Part shown: in pieces, positions 41,523 to 51,817 of the stretch
Layout: every line of letters begins with the position of its first letter
Position numbering within the stretch: the stretch's first letter is position 1
DNA from: Candidatus Latescibacterota bacterium
GTDB lineage: Bacteria > Latescibacterota > UBA2968
Assembly (NCBI GenBank): GCA_965205975.1
Contig: OZ242195.1
Location: forward strand, 1,024,001-1,088,000
DNA: 64,000 nt
Direction of reading: 5' to 3'
Program-made: the position numbers and the translations under genes
Notes under the pieces: generated by a model
Databases searched by the model: none
Seen by the model: the letters and a program-made list of their open reading frames with translations, nothing else
What the model was told of the DNA's origin: nothing

Positions 41523-41533
41523 AGGAGGTTATT

Positions 41534-42550
41534 GTGGAATATCGCGAGTTTGGACAGACGGGTTTGAAGGTTTCGGCAATTGGTTTTGGATGCTGGGAAT
41601 TGGGCGGGGGATATGGGTCTATTGACGACGCTGAGGTCGTTGCCGCGGTCAACCGGGCTATTGACCTGGGGATCAATTGTTTTGATACGGCGCAGGGATA
41701 TGGCAAGGGCGCGTCTGAACGGTTGCTTGCGCGCGCGCTGGGTCCCAGGCGCAAAGATGTGATTCTGGTTACGAAGTTCGGCATTGGATACGAGCATGGC
41801 AGAGATAGCAGCAAGGAGATGGTCCACCGAGCGATTGAGCAGAGTTTGGAGATGCTGAATACGGATTATGTCGATGTGTATCTCGTGCATTGGCCCGACC
41901 GCGATACGCCTTTTGAAGAGACTATGGGCGCGTTGGAGGAAATCGTCCAGGCCGGGAAGACGCGGTTTGTGGGGCTGTCGAATTTTACGCCTCCGGAAAT
42001 CGCGCGGTGTATGGATGCGCGCCACGTGGAGGTGTTGCAATACGGGTGTAATTTGTTTGATCGCCGACATGTGAAATGGACGTTTCCCTACGCGGAAGCA
42101 AATAATGTGGGGGTGATGACGTACGGTTCTCTGGCTTATGGTTTGCTCGCTGGCGCATTTACAGAAGATACGGTTTTTGAAGATAATGATTGGCGCAGAA
42201 GAGGCGGTAGCAATACGACTTTGCGCCTGTTTGAACCGGGTATTTTCCAGCGCAATGTCCGGGCAGTGAATGAGTTGAAAGAGATCGCCGCGGGGCTGGG
42301 CAAAAATCTGCCGCACATGGCGCTGAATTGGGTGTTGTCTCACGCGGCTGTGAGTACGGCACTGGTGGGTGCGCGAAGGCCGGAAGAGGTAGAAGACAAT
42401 ATGGGCGCTCTGGGGTGGACATTGGATGAGGATACAAAGCGGGCAATTGATCGGGTTTTTGCTAAGTACGAGATTGATACGGCGCCCAATAAGTGGGGTG
42501 AAATTGATTCGAAGTGGATGGATATTGATCCGGCAGAATGGGCAGAATGA
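41534..42550 (+). CDS. Aldo/keto reductase
   Basis: GFGCW, FDTAQGYG, TKFG, DVYLVHWPD, GLSNF. Confidence 0.92.
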   Translation: MEYREFGQTGLKVSAIGFGCWELGGGYGSIDDAEVVAAVNRAIDLGINCFDTAQGYGKGASERLLARALGPRRKDVILVTKFGIGYEHGRDSSKEMVHRAIEQSLEMLNTDYVDVYLVHWPDRDTPFEETMGALEEIVQAGKTRFVGLSNFTPPEIARCMDARHVEVLQYGCNLFDRRHVKWTFPYAEANNVGVMTYGSLAYGLLAGAFTEDTVFEDNDWRRRGGSNTTLRLFEPGIFQRNVRAVNELKEIAAGLGKNLPHMALNWVLSHAAVSTALVGARRPEEVEDNMGALGWTLDEDTKRAIDRVFAKYEIDTAPNKWGEIDSKWMDIDPAEWAE

Positions 42551-42557
42551 GGGGGAT

Positions 42558-43505
42558 ATGATGAATAACGTGCGCGTTGGCGTGATTGGATGTGGCGGCA
42601 GGGGTAGGGGACACATTCGATCTTTGAAGGCGTTTGAAGATGTGTATCTCGCAGCGGTTTGCGATCCAGTTGTGGAGATCCGCGAGTCCGTGTGCGAAGA
42701 GTACGGGATCGAAGGGCAATATGGCGATGTTTCCGCGTTGCTCGAAGGCGAGGCTCTGGATGCGGTTTTTGTCGCCCCGCCTGCCCACTTAAATGCCACG
42801 CTTGCATTGCCGTGTCTGGAGGCTGGCGTCCATACTTTTTTGGAGAAACCTCCCGGTTTGAGCTTGAATGAGACCGAGGCGCTAAAAGCTGCATCGGACG
42901 AAACGGGCGCGAAAGCCATGGTGGGATGGAATCGGCGATTTCATCCGATTATTGTCGAGGCGCGAAATCTGGTGCTGGACCGCGGGCCTGTGACGCAATT
43001 GGTTGGGGAGTTCCACAAGAGTATCACGGATTTGGGAAATTCGGGCAAGTTTGCCGAGGTGCTGATGGATTGTATGCTTTTTGAGACGCCGATTCACGCC
43101 ATTGATACGGTCCGCTTTTTGGCAGGTGCAGATGTTTCCGAGGTTCATAGTGTGGTGCAGCGGTCTATGTCCGGTTATCGGGATGTCCACGCGGCTCTCG
43201 TCGCGTTTGAAAATGGCGTTGTCGCGCAGCTTATTCACAATTATACGACCAATGCCAGGTTGGAGCGTTATGAGATTCACGGGCACGAGATTTCGGCTTA
43301 TATGGAGGGCGTGTCGCGCGGAGAGGTTTTTTGCGATGGCGAGAAAAGGGAGTTGAGCGGGGATGGATCGGGGACAGACGAACAGAACCGATTTTTTATC
43401 GATTGCGTGAAAGAAGATCGTCCGGTTGCGCTTCCCGCGGCAAATTTGGATGAGGCGATTAAGACGATGGAACTGGCAGAAGCGATTATGGCTGGGACGC
43501 GATAA
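42558..43505 (+). CDS. Gfo/Idh/MocA oxidoreductase
   Basis: GVIGCGGRG, LEKPPG, GWNRRF, HAID; start at ATG 42558 or 42561. Confidence 0.88.
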   Translation: MMNNVRVGVIGCGGRGRGHIRSLKAFEDVYLAAVCDPVVEIRESVCEEYGIEGQYGDVSALLEGEALDAVFVAPPAHLNATLALPCLEAGVHTFLEKPPGLSLNETEALKAASDETGAKAMVGWNRRFHPIIVEARNLVLDRGPVTQLVGEFHKSITDLGNSGKFAEVLMDCMLFETPIHAIDTVRFLAGADVSEVHSVVQRSMSGYRDVHAALVAFENGVVAQLIHNYTTNARLERYEIHGHEISAYMEGVSRGEVFCDGEKRELSGDGSGTDEQNRFFIDCVKEDRPVALPAANLDEAIKTMELAEAIMAGTR

Positions 43506-43521
43506 GGTCGGATTCTTTCTA

Positions 43522-43550
43522 TTGACAATATTTCTCGAATCCTCTACTTT
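43522..43550 (+). promoter_or_regulatory. sigma70 promoter
   Basis: TTGACA-17 bp-TACTTT upstream of a GGAGG RBS and ATG 43587. Confidence 0.6.
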
Positions 43551-43586
43551 TTAGATATCAGAAACGAGAATGGGTGGAGGATTGAG

Positions 43587-43940
43587 ATGGCTGACGTGAC
43601 TGAGACTGATCAACTGCAAGAGTTGCGAGAGGAAAACGCTCGATTGAAAGAGCAGGTAACGTATTACGAACAGGATCAGGTTGCTCAAATACGCGGAGAT
43701 ATTGCTGGTTTAAGAGAGGGTACACAGAGAGATATCGCCGATTTAAGACAGGACCTGCATAGAGAAGTTGCCGGCTTAAGACAGGACCTGCATAGAGAGA
43801 TTACCGACTTGAAGCAGGGAGATATTGCCGACGTAAGACAGGATGTTAAAGTACTCTCCGGAAAAGTAGATAAAATTCTTTATGCGGTGATTGTCTCGCT
43901 TGTAGGAATCGCGGGTTTGATTATTGAATCGCTGACTTAA
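43587..43940 (+). CDS. Membrane-anchored coiled-coil protein with 11-aa repeats (CCDC90/DUF1640-like)
   Basis: Hendecad repeats DIADLRQDLHR/EVAGLRQDLHR, C-terminal TM helix, strong RBS. Confidence 0.75.
   Translation: MADVTETDQLQELREENARLKEQVTYYEQDQVAQIRGDIAGLREGTQRDIADLRQDLHREVAGLRQDLHREITDLKQGDIADVRQDVKVLSGKVDKILYAVIVSLVGIAGLIIESLT
43694..43843 (+). repeat. Intragenic 33-bp tandem repeat
   Basis: TTAAGACAGGACCTGCATAGAGA at 43743 and 43776, plus degenerate flanking units. Confidence 0.8.
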
Positions 43941-43962
43941 AGGGATTTAATAATGGCAAAAA

Positions 43963-44039
43963 CGAGGTGTGGCTCAGTCCGGTAGAGCACCTGCTTTGGG
44001 AGCAGGGGGCCGGGGGTTCAAATCCCTCCACCTCGACCA
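43963..44039 (+). tRNA. tRNA-Pro(TGG)
   Basis: CGAGGTG...CCTGC-TTTGGGA-GCAGG...GGTTCAAATCC...CACCTCGACCA. Confidence 0.95.
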
Positions 44040-44045
44040 ATAACA

Positions 44046-44075
44046 AGGGGTTGTGAGTTTTGGTCGCAACCCCTT
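44046..44075. terminator. Hairpin after tRNA-Pro
   Basis: AAGGGGTTGTGA...TCGCAACCCCTT. Confidence 0.55.
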
Positions 44076-44091
44076 ATAGTTTTGAGGAATG

Positions 44092-44135
44092 TAAGAAAAA
44101 GCGCCTGTGCAAAATTGCACAAGCGCTTTCTTTTT
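44092..44135. terminator. Bidirectional terminator after tRNA-Gln
   Basis: AAGAAAAAGCGCCTGTGC-AAAATT-GCACAAGCGCTTTCTTTTT. Confidence 0.65.
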
Positions 44136-44209
44136 TGGTTGCCCCTCAGGGATTCGAACCCCGATACCTGGAACCAAAATCCAGTGTCTTGCCATTAGAC
44201 GAAGGGGCA
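44136..44209 (-). tRNA. tRNA-Gln(TTG)
   Basis: Minus strand TGCCCCT...CTGGA-TTTTGGT-TCCAG...GGTTCGAATCC...AGGGGCAACCA. Confidence 0.95.
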
Positions 44210-44266
44210 ATAACTTATGTTGAAGGGTAAATATAAATTTTTAGCCAATTACAGGCAACTTACTTT

Positions 44267-45946
44267 TTACTTTTTGCTTTTCATTCTCGCCCAGGTGTCG
44301 CGCAGGGTAATCGTTCGGTTTAATACGAGTTTTTCATCTGAAGAATCTGTATCGACGCAGAAATAGCCCAGGCGTTCGAATTGGACCACGCTGCCAATTT
44401 CTGCCCCTTTCATGCTCGGCTCAACATAGCAGGTTGGGCGCACTTCCAGCGAATCGGGGTTCAGGTTGGCGGTAAAATCTTTGCCATCTTCGGTTCGGGT
44501 TGGAGTTTCTGTCATGAACAGCCGATCAAATAATCGCACTTCGGCTTTCAATGCGTGTTTGGCTGATACCCAGTGCAATGTCGAGCGAACCCTGCGTTTA
44601 TCGGGTGTTGTGCCGCCGCGGCTTTCGGGATCCCAGGTGCAGCGAAGTTCGATTATGCTGCCGTCGTCATCTTTTACTGCTTCCCGGCAGGTGATATAAC
44701 ACGCCGCACGCAATCGCACCTCGCGTCCGGGCGCAAGGCGGTAAAATTTGCGCGGGGGATCTTCCATAAAGTCTTCCCGCTCGATGTACAATTCCCGCGA
44801 AAAGGGCACGGGGCGCGTGCCGGCATCGGGGTCTTCGGGATTGATCATCGCTTCAAATGTCTCTTCTTCGCCTTCGGGATAGTTTTCAATGACCACTTTT
44901 AAGGGGTCAATCACGCCCATTACCCGGGGCGAGACTTTGTTCAGGTGCTCGCGGATATAGAATTCAAACAAATCTATTTCCGCCGTTGTATCTCGCCGGT
45001 TCATGCCCACGCGCCAGATAAAATTTTTAATGGCATGCGGCGGTATCCCGCGTCGCCGCATGCCCGAAAGCGTGGGCATGCGCGGGTCGTCCCATCCGTT
45101 TACGAGATTGCGTTCGACCAGTTGGGTCAACATGCGCTTGCTGGTCAATGTGTAGGTGATATTCAACCGCGCAAATTCAATTTGCCGCGAGGGGAAAATT
45201 TCCAATTGCTGGATGTACCAGTCGTACAGGGGGCGGTGTTCTGCAAATTCGATGCTGCACAGCGAGTGCGTGACTTGCTCTATGGCGTCGGATTGCCCGT
45301 GTGCCCAATCGTACATTGGATAAATACACCATTTGTCGCCTGTGCGATGGTGCGATGTGTGTTTGATCCGATACATGACGGGATCACGCATGTTCATATT
45401 TGGCGATGCCATATCGGCTTTTGCGCGCAATGTACACGCGCCATCGGGAAGTTCTCCATTTTTCATTCGCGCAAATAGATCGAGATTTTCCGACACGGTA
45501 CGATTTCGATAGGGGCTGTTTTTTCCCGGCTCTGTCACTGTTCCGCGGTATTCGCTTATTTCCTGTGGACTCAAGTCGCAAACATAGGCTTTTCCCTGTT
45601 GGATGAGTTCCACAGCATAATCGTAGAGTTGGTCAAAATAGTCAGAGGCAAAGTACAATCCGTCGCCCCAATCAAAGCCCATCCATTTCAAATCTTCCTG
45701 AATAGATTCGACGTATTCGGTATCTTCCCGGTCCGGGTTGGTGTCGTCAAACCGGAGATTGCACTGTCCGTCAAATTCCTCGGCGAGACCAAAGTCCAGA
45801 CAAAAAGCCTTGGCATGGCCGATGTGCAGATAGCCATTTGGCTCTGGGGGAAAGCGCGTTACAATTTTTTTGTGTTTGCCATTTTTTACGTCTTCGCGAA
45901 CAATTTCTCGGATAAAATCCGTTGGTGTGTCTTCGGTTGTTGCCAT
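44267..45946 (-). CDS. glnS: Glutamine--tRNA ligase
   Basis: [50 protein letters not shown]. Confidence 0.96.
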   Translation of the reverse strand: MATTEDTPTDFIREIVREDVKNGKHKKIVTRFPPEPNGYLHIGHAKAFCLDFGLAEEFDGQCNLRFDDTNPDREDTEYVESIQEDLKWMGFDWGDGLYFASDYFDQLYDYAVELIQQGKAYVCDLSPQEISEYRGTVTEPGKNSPYRNRTVSENLDLFARMKNGELPDGACTLRAKADMASPNMNMRDPVMYRIKHTSHHRTGDKWCIYPMYDWAHGQSDAIEQVTHSLCSIEFAEHRPLYDWYIQQLEIFPSRQIEFARLNITYTLTSKRMLTQLVERNLVNGWDDPRMPTLSGMRRRGIPPHAIKNFIWRVGMNRRDTTAEIDLFEFYIREHLNKVSPRVMGVIDPLKVVIENYPEGEEETFEAMINPEDPDAGTRPVPFSRELYIEREDFMEDPPRKFYRLAPGREVRLRAACYITCREAVKDDDGSIIELRCTWDPESRGGTTPDKRRVRSTLHWVSAKHALKAEVRLFDRLFMTETPTRTEDGKDFTANLNPDSLEVRPTCYVEPSMKGAEIGSVVQFERLGYFCVDTDSSDEKLVLNRTITLRDTWARMKSKK

Positions 45947-45965
45947 TTTAAGACCTTTTGGGTTG

Positions 45966-47699
45966 TTAGTTGTTAGTCTTCATCTTTTTCACTTCACATT
46001 TCACCTGTTCTACGACCTGATCCAGAGGCACATCTGAGCGGCCATCTTCAGGCCGCAGTTTCATTTCCACCTGTCCATTTGCCAGGCCGCGCGATCCCAC
46101 GGTCAAGCGTATTGGTATGCCGATTAAATCTGCATCGTTGAATTTTACGCCTGCGCGTTCATCGCGGTCGTCGAGCAAGACATCCAGTCCCGCAGACTTT
46201 AGTTGTCCATACAATTTTTCGGCAGCTTCCAGTTCTCCTGCGGGTTTTCTGCCCGTCAGGACTGCGATTTGCACCTCAAAGGGCGCGACCGATATCGGCC
46301 AGATAATGCCCTGGTCATCGTGATGGGCTTCGATAATACACGCCAATAATCGGCCTACGCCAATGCCGTAACATCCCATGAAGAGGGGCTGCATTTTGCC
46401 GTTTTCATCCAGGACCTTCGCGCTCATGCTGTCGCTGTATTTTGTGCCGAGCTTGAAGATGTTGCCCACTTCAATGCCGCGCGTGCTGTTGAGCGGGGTT
46501 TCGCATTCTGGACAGGGCATGCCTTTTTCTACGGCGATGAGGTCTGTGACGATGTCGGGATCAAAATCGCGTCCCACGTTGACATTTAAGTAGTGATACC
46601 CTTCCTCATTCGCACCCGATACAAAATTTGTCCCTTTTGCGATGGCTTTATCCACGACCACAATGGCATTTTTTACGGCCATAGGCGAGGCATATCCGGG
46701 GATTGCGCCGACTGCGGTGATTTCCTCATCTGTTGCCGGACGCAATACCTGCGCCTTTACCACGTTGGCGAGTTTGGTCTCGTTCAACTCGTGATCGCCG
46801 CGCAATACCGCAAAAATAAATTTCTCTTCGCCACTTATTGTGCCGATTAAAAATACGGCTTTGGCTGTTTTGCTCTGCTGTACGTTTAAAAACGACGCGA
46901 CTTCTTCGATGGTTTTGCAATTGGGGGTCGCCACTTTTTGCAGGGGTTTTTCATCTTCCGCTTCAATGGCTTCCCGCTTATATGTCGCTACCTGTCGATT
47001 GGCTTGATAACCGCAAGTATCGCATAAGAGCAAGGTGTCTTCGCCGCCCGGGTTTAAGTACATAAATTCATGCGCTTCTGTTCCACCCATCATTCCCGGG
47101 TCGCTTTCTACTGAGATGACGTGGTCGCCCAATCCCGCGCGCTCAAATATCCGCTGATATGCCTCGTGCATGCGCGGGTAATACGCATCTAAACCCGCCT
47201 GGTCGATGTGAAAGCTATACCCGTCTTTCATCGTAAATTCGCGTACGCGAATCAATCCGCCACGGCTGCGCGGCTCATCGCGGAATTTGGTCTGGAGTTG
47301 AAACGCGCTCAATGGCAATTGGCGGTAGCTCTGGACCATGTGACGCGCCAGGTCGGTTACGGCTTCTTCGTGCGTCATTGCCAAACACATGTCGCGGTCT
47401 GCGCGGTCTTTCATGCGCATCATTTCCGGGCCGACATCGTCCCACCGACCGCTTTCGCGCCAGATTTCCGCGGGTTGTACCACGGGCATTGATATTTCAA
47501 AGCAATCCGCGCGTTCCATTTCTTCGCGCAAAATTTGTTCGATGTTCCTCTTCACGCGCAATCCCAGCGGTAAGAAACTAAAAATTCCCGATGCCAGAGG
47601 ACGAATTAGCCCTGCGCGCAAAGCCAACTGGTGACTGATGGCTTCTGCATCTGCAGGTACCTCGCGCAGGGTTTGTGTCAATAATTGAGAATAACGCAT
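45966..47699 (-). CDS. proS: Proline--tRNA ligase (bacterial type with insertion editing domain)
   Basis: [46 protein letters not shown]. Confidence 0.96.
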   Translation of the reverse strand: MRYSQLLTQTLREVPADAEAISHQLALRAGLIRPLASGIFSFLPLGLRVKRNIEQILREEMERADCFEISMPVVQPAEIWRESGRWDDVGPEMMRMKDRADRDMCLAMTHEEAVTDLARHMVQSYRQLPLSAFQLQTKFRDEPRSRGGLIRVREFTMKDGYSFHIDQAGLDAYYPRMHEAYQRIFERAGLGDHVISVESDPGMMGGTEAHEFMYLNPGGEDTLLLCDTCGYQANRQVATYKREAIEAEDEKPLQKVATPNCKTIEEVASFLNVQQSKTAKAVFLIGTISGEEKFIFAVLRGDHELNETKLANVVKAQVLRPATDEEITAVGAIPGYASPMAVKNAIVVVDKAIAKGTNFVSGANEEGYHYLNVNVGRDFDPDIVTDLIAVEKGMPCPECETPLNSTRGIEVGNIFKLGTKYSDSMSAKVLDENGKMQPLFMGCYGIGVGRLLACIIEAHHDDQGIIWPISVAPFEVQIAVLTGRKPAGELEAAEKLYGQLKSAGLDVLLDDRDERAGVKFNDADLIGIPIRLTVGSRGLANGQVEMKLRPEDGRSDVPLDQVVEQVKCEVKKMKTNN

Positions 47700-47806
47700 T
47701 TCTATTCCTTTAGAAAATTCCTGGAAAATATAAACAAAATACGAGGATCAGAGCCAAATATTGTGTTCAGTTTGATATTGTGGACGATTTGGCGTTACAT
47801 AAAGTT

Positions 47807-48490
47807 TCACGATGGGCGTCCAAGTGCGATTAACAGATCTGGACGATTCGAACCGATGGCGTCAACCCCCAGATCGATAACACGCTGTATCTCTTCAACC
47901 GTGTCGGGGTTCCAGGCGCGGATCAGGAGGCCGTGTGCATGGGCTTTCTGAACGAGCTGGGCGTCGATATTTGGATGGAGGATGTGTATCCCTACCGCTC
48001 CCATATCGACAGCCTGTTCACACGCATCAGCTGGTGGATTCGACCACAATGCACCCAGTGGCAGACTCGGATTAAGCTGACGCGCTTCGCGTAGCCGCTC
48101 ATGGACAAACGAGGTCAGAAGTACCTCGCTTTCTATATTATTTTGCTCAACTGTCCGGACGACTGGCTCGGCAGTGTCGGGTCCTTTCAGTTCAATCTGA
48201 AGAACAACCTTTCCGCGCACCAGGTTTATGACTTCCTGTAGTGTTGGAATGCGCTCTCCTTTGCCAGCGTCTAACTGCTTAACTTCCGCTAATGTCAAGT
48301 CGGCGACCGCACCATGTCCATCGGTCGTTCGATCCACGGTGGTATCGTGAATGACGACGAGGTGCTGATCGCGTGTGAGGTGTACGTCAAGCTCGATCTG
48401 ATCGACGCCGAGATCTATCGCTTTTTGCATGGATAGCAGCGTATTTTCAGGTTCGAGTGCTGCTGCTCCCCGGTGCCCTGTAAGAATCAT
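47807..48490 (-). CDS. Glycerophosphodiester phosphodiesterase
   Basis: GHRGA, PENT, ELDV, HD, IELK; start probably ATG 48490 (GAGAGGA RBS). Confidence 0.9.
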   Translation of the reverse strand: MILTGHRGAAALEPENTLLSMQKAIDLGVDQIELDVHLTRDQHLVVIHDTTVDRTTDGHGAVADLTLAEVKQLDAGKGERIPTLQEVINLVRGKVVLQIELKGPDTAEPVVRTVEQNNIESEVLLTSFVHERLREARQLNPSLPLGALWSNPPADACEQAVDMGAVGIHILHPNIDAQLVQKAHAHGLLIRAWNPDTVEEIQRVIDLGVDAIGSNRPDLLIALGRPS

Positions 48491-48512
48491 TTGAGTCCTC
48501 TCTTTCATAAAA

Positions 48513-49328
48513 TTATCCAATTTCGACGACTAACCCATCTTCGCCTACCAGGACTTCGCCGCTATACTCTTTGCGAATCTGGTCGCCCATGCGATGCACA
48601 GCTTGTAGATCACCTGTGATGTCTTCGATTACCAGATGCTTGATTATCACGCGTTTTACATTGGCCGCGATTGCAATTTCTGCGATTTCTGGCGGTGTAA
48701 TATGCCACGATCCCCAGGGTTGGGTCGCCAGGAATTCAGCGGTACCCGAACATTCTATGGATAGCAAGTCGGCATTTTGACAGAATGCCGGGAATTCCGC
48801 ATCGGGATTCCCATCGCCCGTGATTACGACGCGATGTTCTCTGGTATCGACGCGATAGACGAGCGAGGGGATGCCGCCGTGGTCTGTGAATGTTGCGGAT
48901 AATTGAAAGTCGTCCGTGGATAGAAATTTGCCTTTTGTTCCGATCTCGATGACTTCTGGATCGAGTACACTGTCGTCTTTTCCATGCCCAATTCGACTTT
49001 GAATATCCTGCTCAAAGGGCGGGCGAATGACATGCGATACAAAGTGTTTTGTCCCGATGGGTCCATAAATTTTGAGGGATTTTTTGCGTACCTTTACCCA
49101 GCCCACAAAGATGAGATAGGGGACATCGACGATGTGATCGAAGTGCAGATGTGTCAAAAATAGCCGATCTACATCTTCACAATTCACACCTGCACGCGCC
49201 AGATTTGTACACGCGGACCGGCCGCAGTCAAACATCCAGTTCTCATTGCCGATTTGCAATAATTGCGATGGTCCGCCGCGATTCGGGTTGTCCCGCACCG
49301 CACCACTGCCGAGCATGATATATCGCAT
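48513..49328 (-). CDS. MBL-fold metallo-hydrolase (RNase Z/AtsA-like)
   Basis: LGSG, FDCG, THLHFDH, TGD, WH...KHL; start at MRYIML (49328). Confidence 0.85.
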   Translation of the reverse strand: MRYIMLGSGAVRDNPNRGGPSQLLQIGNENWMFDCGRSACTNLARAGVNCEDVDRLFLTHLHFDHIVDVPYLIFVGWVKVRKKSLKIYGPIGTKHFVSHVIRPPFEQDIQSRIGHGKDDSVLDPEVIEIGTKGKFLSTDDFQLSATFTDHGGIPSLVYRVDTREHRVVITGDGNPDAEFPAFCQNADLLSIECSGTAEFLATQPWGSWHITPPEIAEIAIAANVKRVIIKHLVIEDITGDLQAVHRMGDQIRKEYSGEVLVGEDGLVVEIG

Positions 49329-49339
49329 GATTAAATCCT

Positions 49340-50302
49340 CTATAACGGTCCGTTGACGGGAAATTCGGGTTTTTGTCCGTTGAGAACGCGCACGATATCC
49401 GCAGCGACCATTGCCATTTTTTGTATTGATTCGGTGGAGTGTCCGGAATAATGAGGCGACAGGAGCACATTGTCGAGTTCGCACAGGGGATTGTCTGGTG
49501 TTGCGGGTTCTTTTTCAAAGACGTCGATAATTGCGCCGCCAATTTGTTTGTTTTGGAGTGCGGTTACGAGCGCCTGTTCGTCGATAACTGGTCCGCGGCT
49601 GCAATTGGCGATAATGGTATGGGGTTGCATGCGGGCGAGTGTGTTGGCATTGATGAGGTGATGCGTGCTGTCGAGGAGGGGGACGTTGAGGCTGATATAG
49701 TCCGAGGTCGAGAGGAGGTCGTCCAATTCTACGCGGCGCACATTCAGGCGGTTTTCTTCTTCTGGGGGAGGGGGATATTCATCGGTGTAGATGACGTTCA
49801 TTCTGAAGCCGAGGGAGCAGATTTCCGCAAGGCGACGGCCTATGCGACCAAAGCCAATAATGCCCAGGGTTTTGTCGAGTAATTCGGGGGCGTGTACGCG
49901 GTCTCGGAGTGCCCAGTCGCCAGAACGGGTCGCGGTATCGGCTTGACCAATTTTGCGCGGCAGGGCAATGAAGGACATGGCGATGTATTCGGCGACGGCT
50001 TCGACAGGGGCGCCGGGTGTGTTGACGACGTAGATACCGCGCTCGGTGGCGGCGTCAACGTCAATGTTATCGACGCCAATGCCGTGGCGACCTATGACTT
50101 TGAGGCGCGGTGCCCGATCCATTACAGGACCGTCGATGATACCTCGGGCGCGTGCGAGAATGCCGTCTGCGTCTTTGACCGAGGCGATGATTTGATCGGG
50201 TTCAAATCCTTTTGCCCAGAGGATTTCGCAGTTGTTTTTGAGAAGGTGATCTTGTCCACAGGGATGTACGGGTTCAAAGAGCAGGATGTTGAATTTTGCC
50301 AC
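49340..50302 (-). CDS. D-2-hydroxyacid dehydrogenase (SerA-like, no ACT domain)
   Basis: RHGIGVDNID, GIIGFGRIG, NCSRG, DVFEKEP, SPH. Confidence 0.9.
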   Translation of the reverse strand: MAKFNILLFEPVHPCGQDHLLKNNCEILWAKGFEPDQIIASVKDADGILARARGIIDGPVMDRAPRLKVIGRHGIGVDNIDVDAATERGIYVVNTPGAPVEAVAEYIAMSFIALPRKIGQADTATRSGDWALRDRVHAPELLDKTLGIIGFGRIGRRLAEICSLGFRMNVIYTDEYPPPPEEENRLNVRRVELDDLLSTSDYISLNVPLLDSTHHLINANTLARMQPHTIIANCSRGPVIDEQALVTALQNKQIGGAIIDVFEKEPATPDNPLCELDNVLLSPHYSGHSTESIQKMAMVAADIVRVLNGQKPEFPVNGPL

Positions 50303-50342
50303 AGTGTATCCTTTCTATAGTTGTTTTGTTATGTTGAAATAT

Positions 50343-50371
50343 AGTGTATAGCGGGAGTACAATTTTGTCAA
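50343..50371 (-). promoter_or_regulatory. sigma70 promoter of the dehydrogenase-MBL-GDPD unit
   Basis: Minus strand TTGACA-17 bp-TACACT. Confidence 0.6.
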
Positions 50372-50402
50372 GATGCGAGGATTTTATTTTTTATATTTCA
50401 TC

Positions 50403-50431
50403 TTGCTTCGTTTTTGGGTTTTGTATATATT
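50403..50431 (+). promoter_or_regulatory. sigma70 promoter of tRNA-Glu
   Basis: TTGCTT-17 bp-TATATT with an AT-rich upstream tract. Confidence 0.5.
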
Positions 50432-50447
50432 TCTCTTTCTATGAGGC

Positions 50448-50522
50448 GACCCCGTCGTTCAGTGGTTAGGACACCGGGTTTTCATCCCGGCAACGGGGGT
50501 TCGATTCCCCTCGGGGTCGCCA
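50448..50522 (+). tRNA. tRNA-Glu(TTC)
   Basis: GACCCCG...CCGGG-TTTTCAT-CCCGG...GGTTCGATTCC...CGGGGTCGCCA. Confidence 0.95.
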
Positions 50523-50545
50523 TTAAAATTTAAGTGTATTATTCA

Positions 50546-50576
50546 AGGGTCGTGATCTCACGACCCTTATTTTATT
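50546..50576 (+). terminator. Rho-independent terminator after tRNA-Glu
   Basis: AAGGGTCGTGA-TC-TCACGACCCTT followed by ATTTTTATT. Confidence 0.7.
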
Positions 50577-50657
50577 GGTGGATGAATGGGAGATACGGGC
50601 TATATTGGGGAATGGTCTGTTTGTTGATCAATATTCCGAATAGAGAAAGGAGTTCTT

Positions 50658-51794
50658 TTGACTATTGCACCTCTTCTTTCACCAGAGGCTTTTGAAGGTA
50701 TTGAAGGCATGACCCATCTTTGTACGGGGGGTGAATCTCCGTGGCTTAAAAGTCAGGCTGGGGTATATGCCGAGTTTGCCAAATTCAAAGGTGGATCGCA
50801 CAAGGGCCGCGATAAAATTTACGACCGCGGAGAGCGCTGTCGCCAGCGCATGGGGCAGCTCTGGAATGTGCCTGCTAATCGCATCGCGTTTATGCCTTCT
50901 GCTGCCGAGGGCATGGGCTGGTTTTCGCGGGGGTTAGACTGGCAGCGCGGCGATAATGTCGTGACCAATAATCTCGAGTTTCCCTCTGTGGCGTATGCGT
51001 GGAAGCATCTGAGATCCAGGGGCGTTGAGGTCCGTTTGGTTCCGCATAAAAAATGGACGGTGCGCGAAGAGGATCTCCTCGACGCTGTTGATTCTCGCAC
51101 GCGCGTTCTCGCTGTCAGCCATGTGGGGTTTTACACAGGGCAGTGTTTGAATTTGGCGCAACTCTCTGAGGGTGCGCGGAAGAAAGGCGCGTTATTCGCC
51201 GTTGATGCCACGCATTCTTCGGGTGTTTTGCGCGTGCCAGCGCAGTTGACCGATTTGACGGTGAGCAGCAGTTATAAGTGGCTTTTGGCAACGCACGGCA
51301 CGGCGCCTTGTTATTTGAGCGAGCGCGCAGAAGAGCAAGTCGCATCGACGTGTTTTGGCTGGCACAATCTCAAAGTGTGGCCCGAACAAACCGCCGAGCG
51401 CGATCCCGAGGTCGCCGAACAACCTATGCCGGAAAAACTCGAACCGGGGAACCCGGCTATGCAGGTGGTTATGCACCTGGATCACGCGCTGGGCGTGATT
51501 TTAGATATTGGTCCCGAGAAGATTGAAAATCACGCACGCGATTTGTCCGATTTGGTGTCCCGGGGGCTTGCGAAGTTGGGCTATGAGGTCATTTCGCCCA
51601 ATAAGCGGGAAGCGCGGTCGGGCAATACCTGCTTCGCGTGTGAGGATGGCCGCGAGATGGTCAATCGCCTGGAGGAGCGCAATGTTTTTTGCTGGGGCGA
51701 GTTTGGACGGGTGCGCGTTTCTACGCATTTGTACAATGGTAGCGATGATGTGGCGCGGTTGCTCGATGCGCTGAATGAAGTAATCCTCAGATGA
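50658..51794 (+). CDS. Class V PLP-dependent aminotransferase/desulfurase-like enzyme
   Basis: LEFPSV, VDATHS, SSYKWLL (PLP lysine), VRVSTHLYN. Confidence 0.85.
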   Translation: MTIAPLLSPEAFEGIEGMTHLCTGGESPWLKSQAGVYAEFAKFKGGSHKGRDKIYDRGERCRQRMGQLWNVPANRIAFMPSAAEGMGWFSRGLDWQRGDNVVTNNLEFPSVAYAWKHLRSRGVEVRLVPHKKWTVREEDLLDAVDSRTRVLAVSHVGFYTGQCLNLAQLSEGARKKGALFAVDATHSSGVLRVPAQLTDLTVSSSYKWLLATHGTAPCYLSERAEEQVASTCFGWHNLKVWPEQTAERDPEVAEQPMPEKLEPGNPAMQVVMHLDHALGVILDIGPEKIENHARDLSDLVSRGLAKLGYEVISPNKREARSGNTCFACEDGREMVNRLEERNVFCWGEFGRVRVSTHLYNGSDDVARLLDALNEVILR

Positions 51795-51817
51795 CGCAGA
51801 TGGTCGCAGATAAAAAT

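Noticed and set aside
41468..42919. 483-aa minus-strand ORF
   Set aside because: Antisense to the clear aldo/keto reductase and oxidoreductase genes.
43974..44210. 78-aa ORF
   Set aside because: Overlaps tRNA-Pro and tRNA-Gln; spurious.
43963..50522. tRNA genes as prophage or island attachment sites
   Set aside because: No integrase in the window, and I found no duplicated tRNA 3' end by eye.
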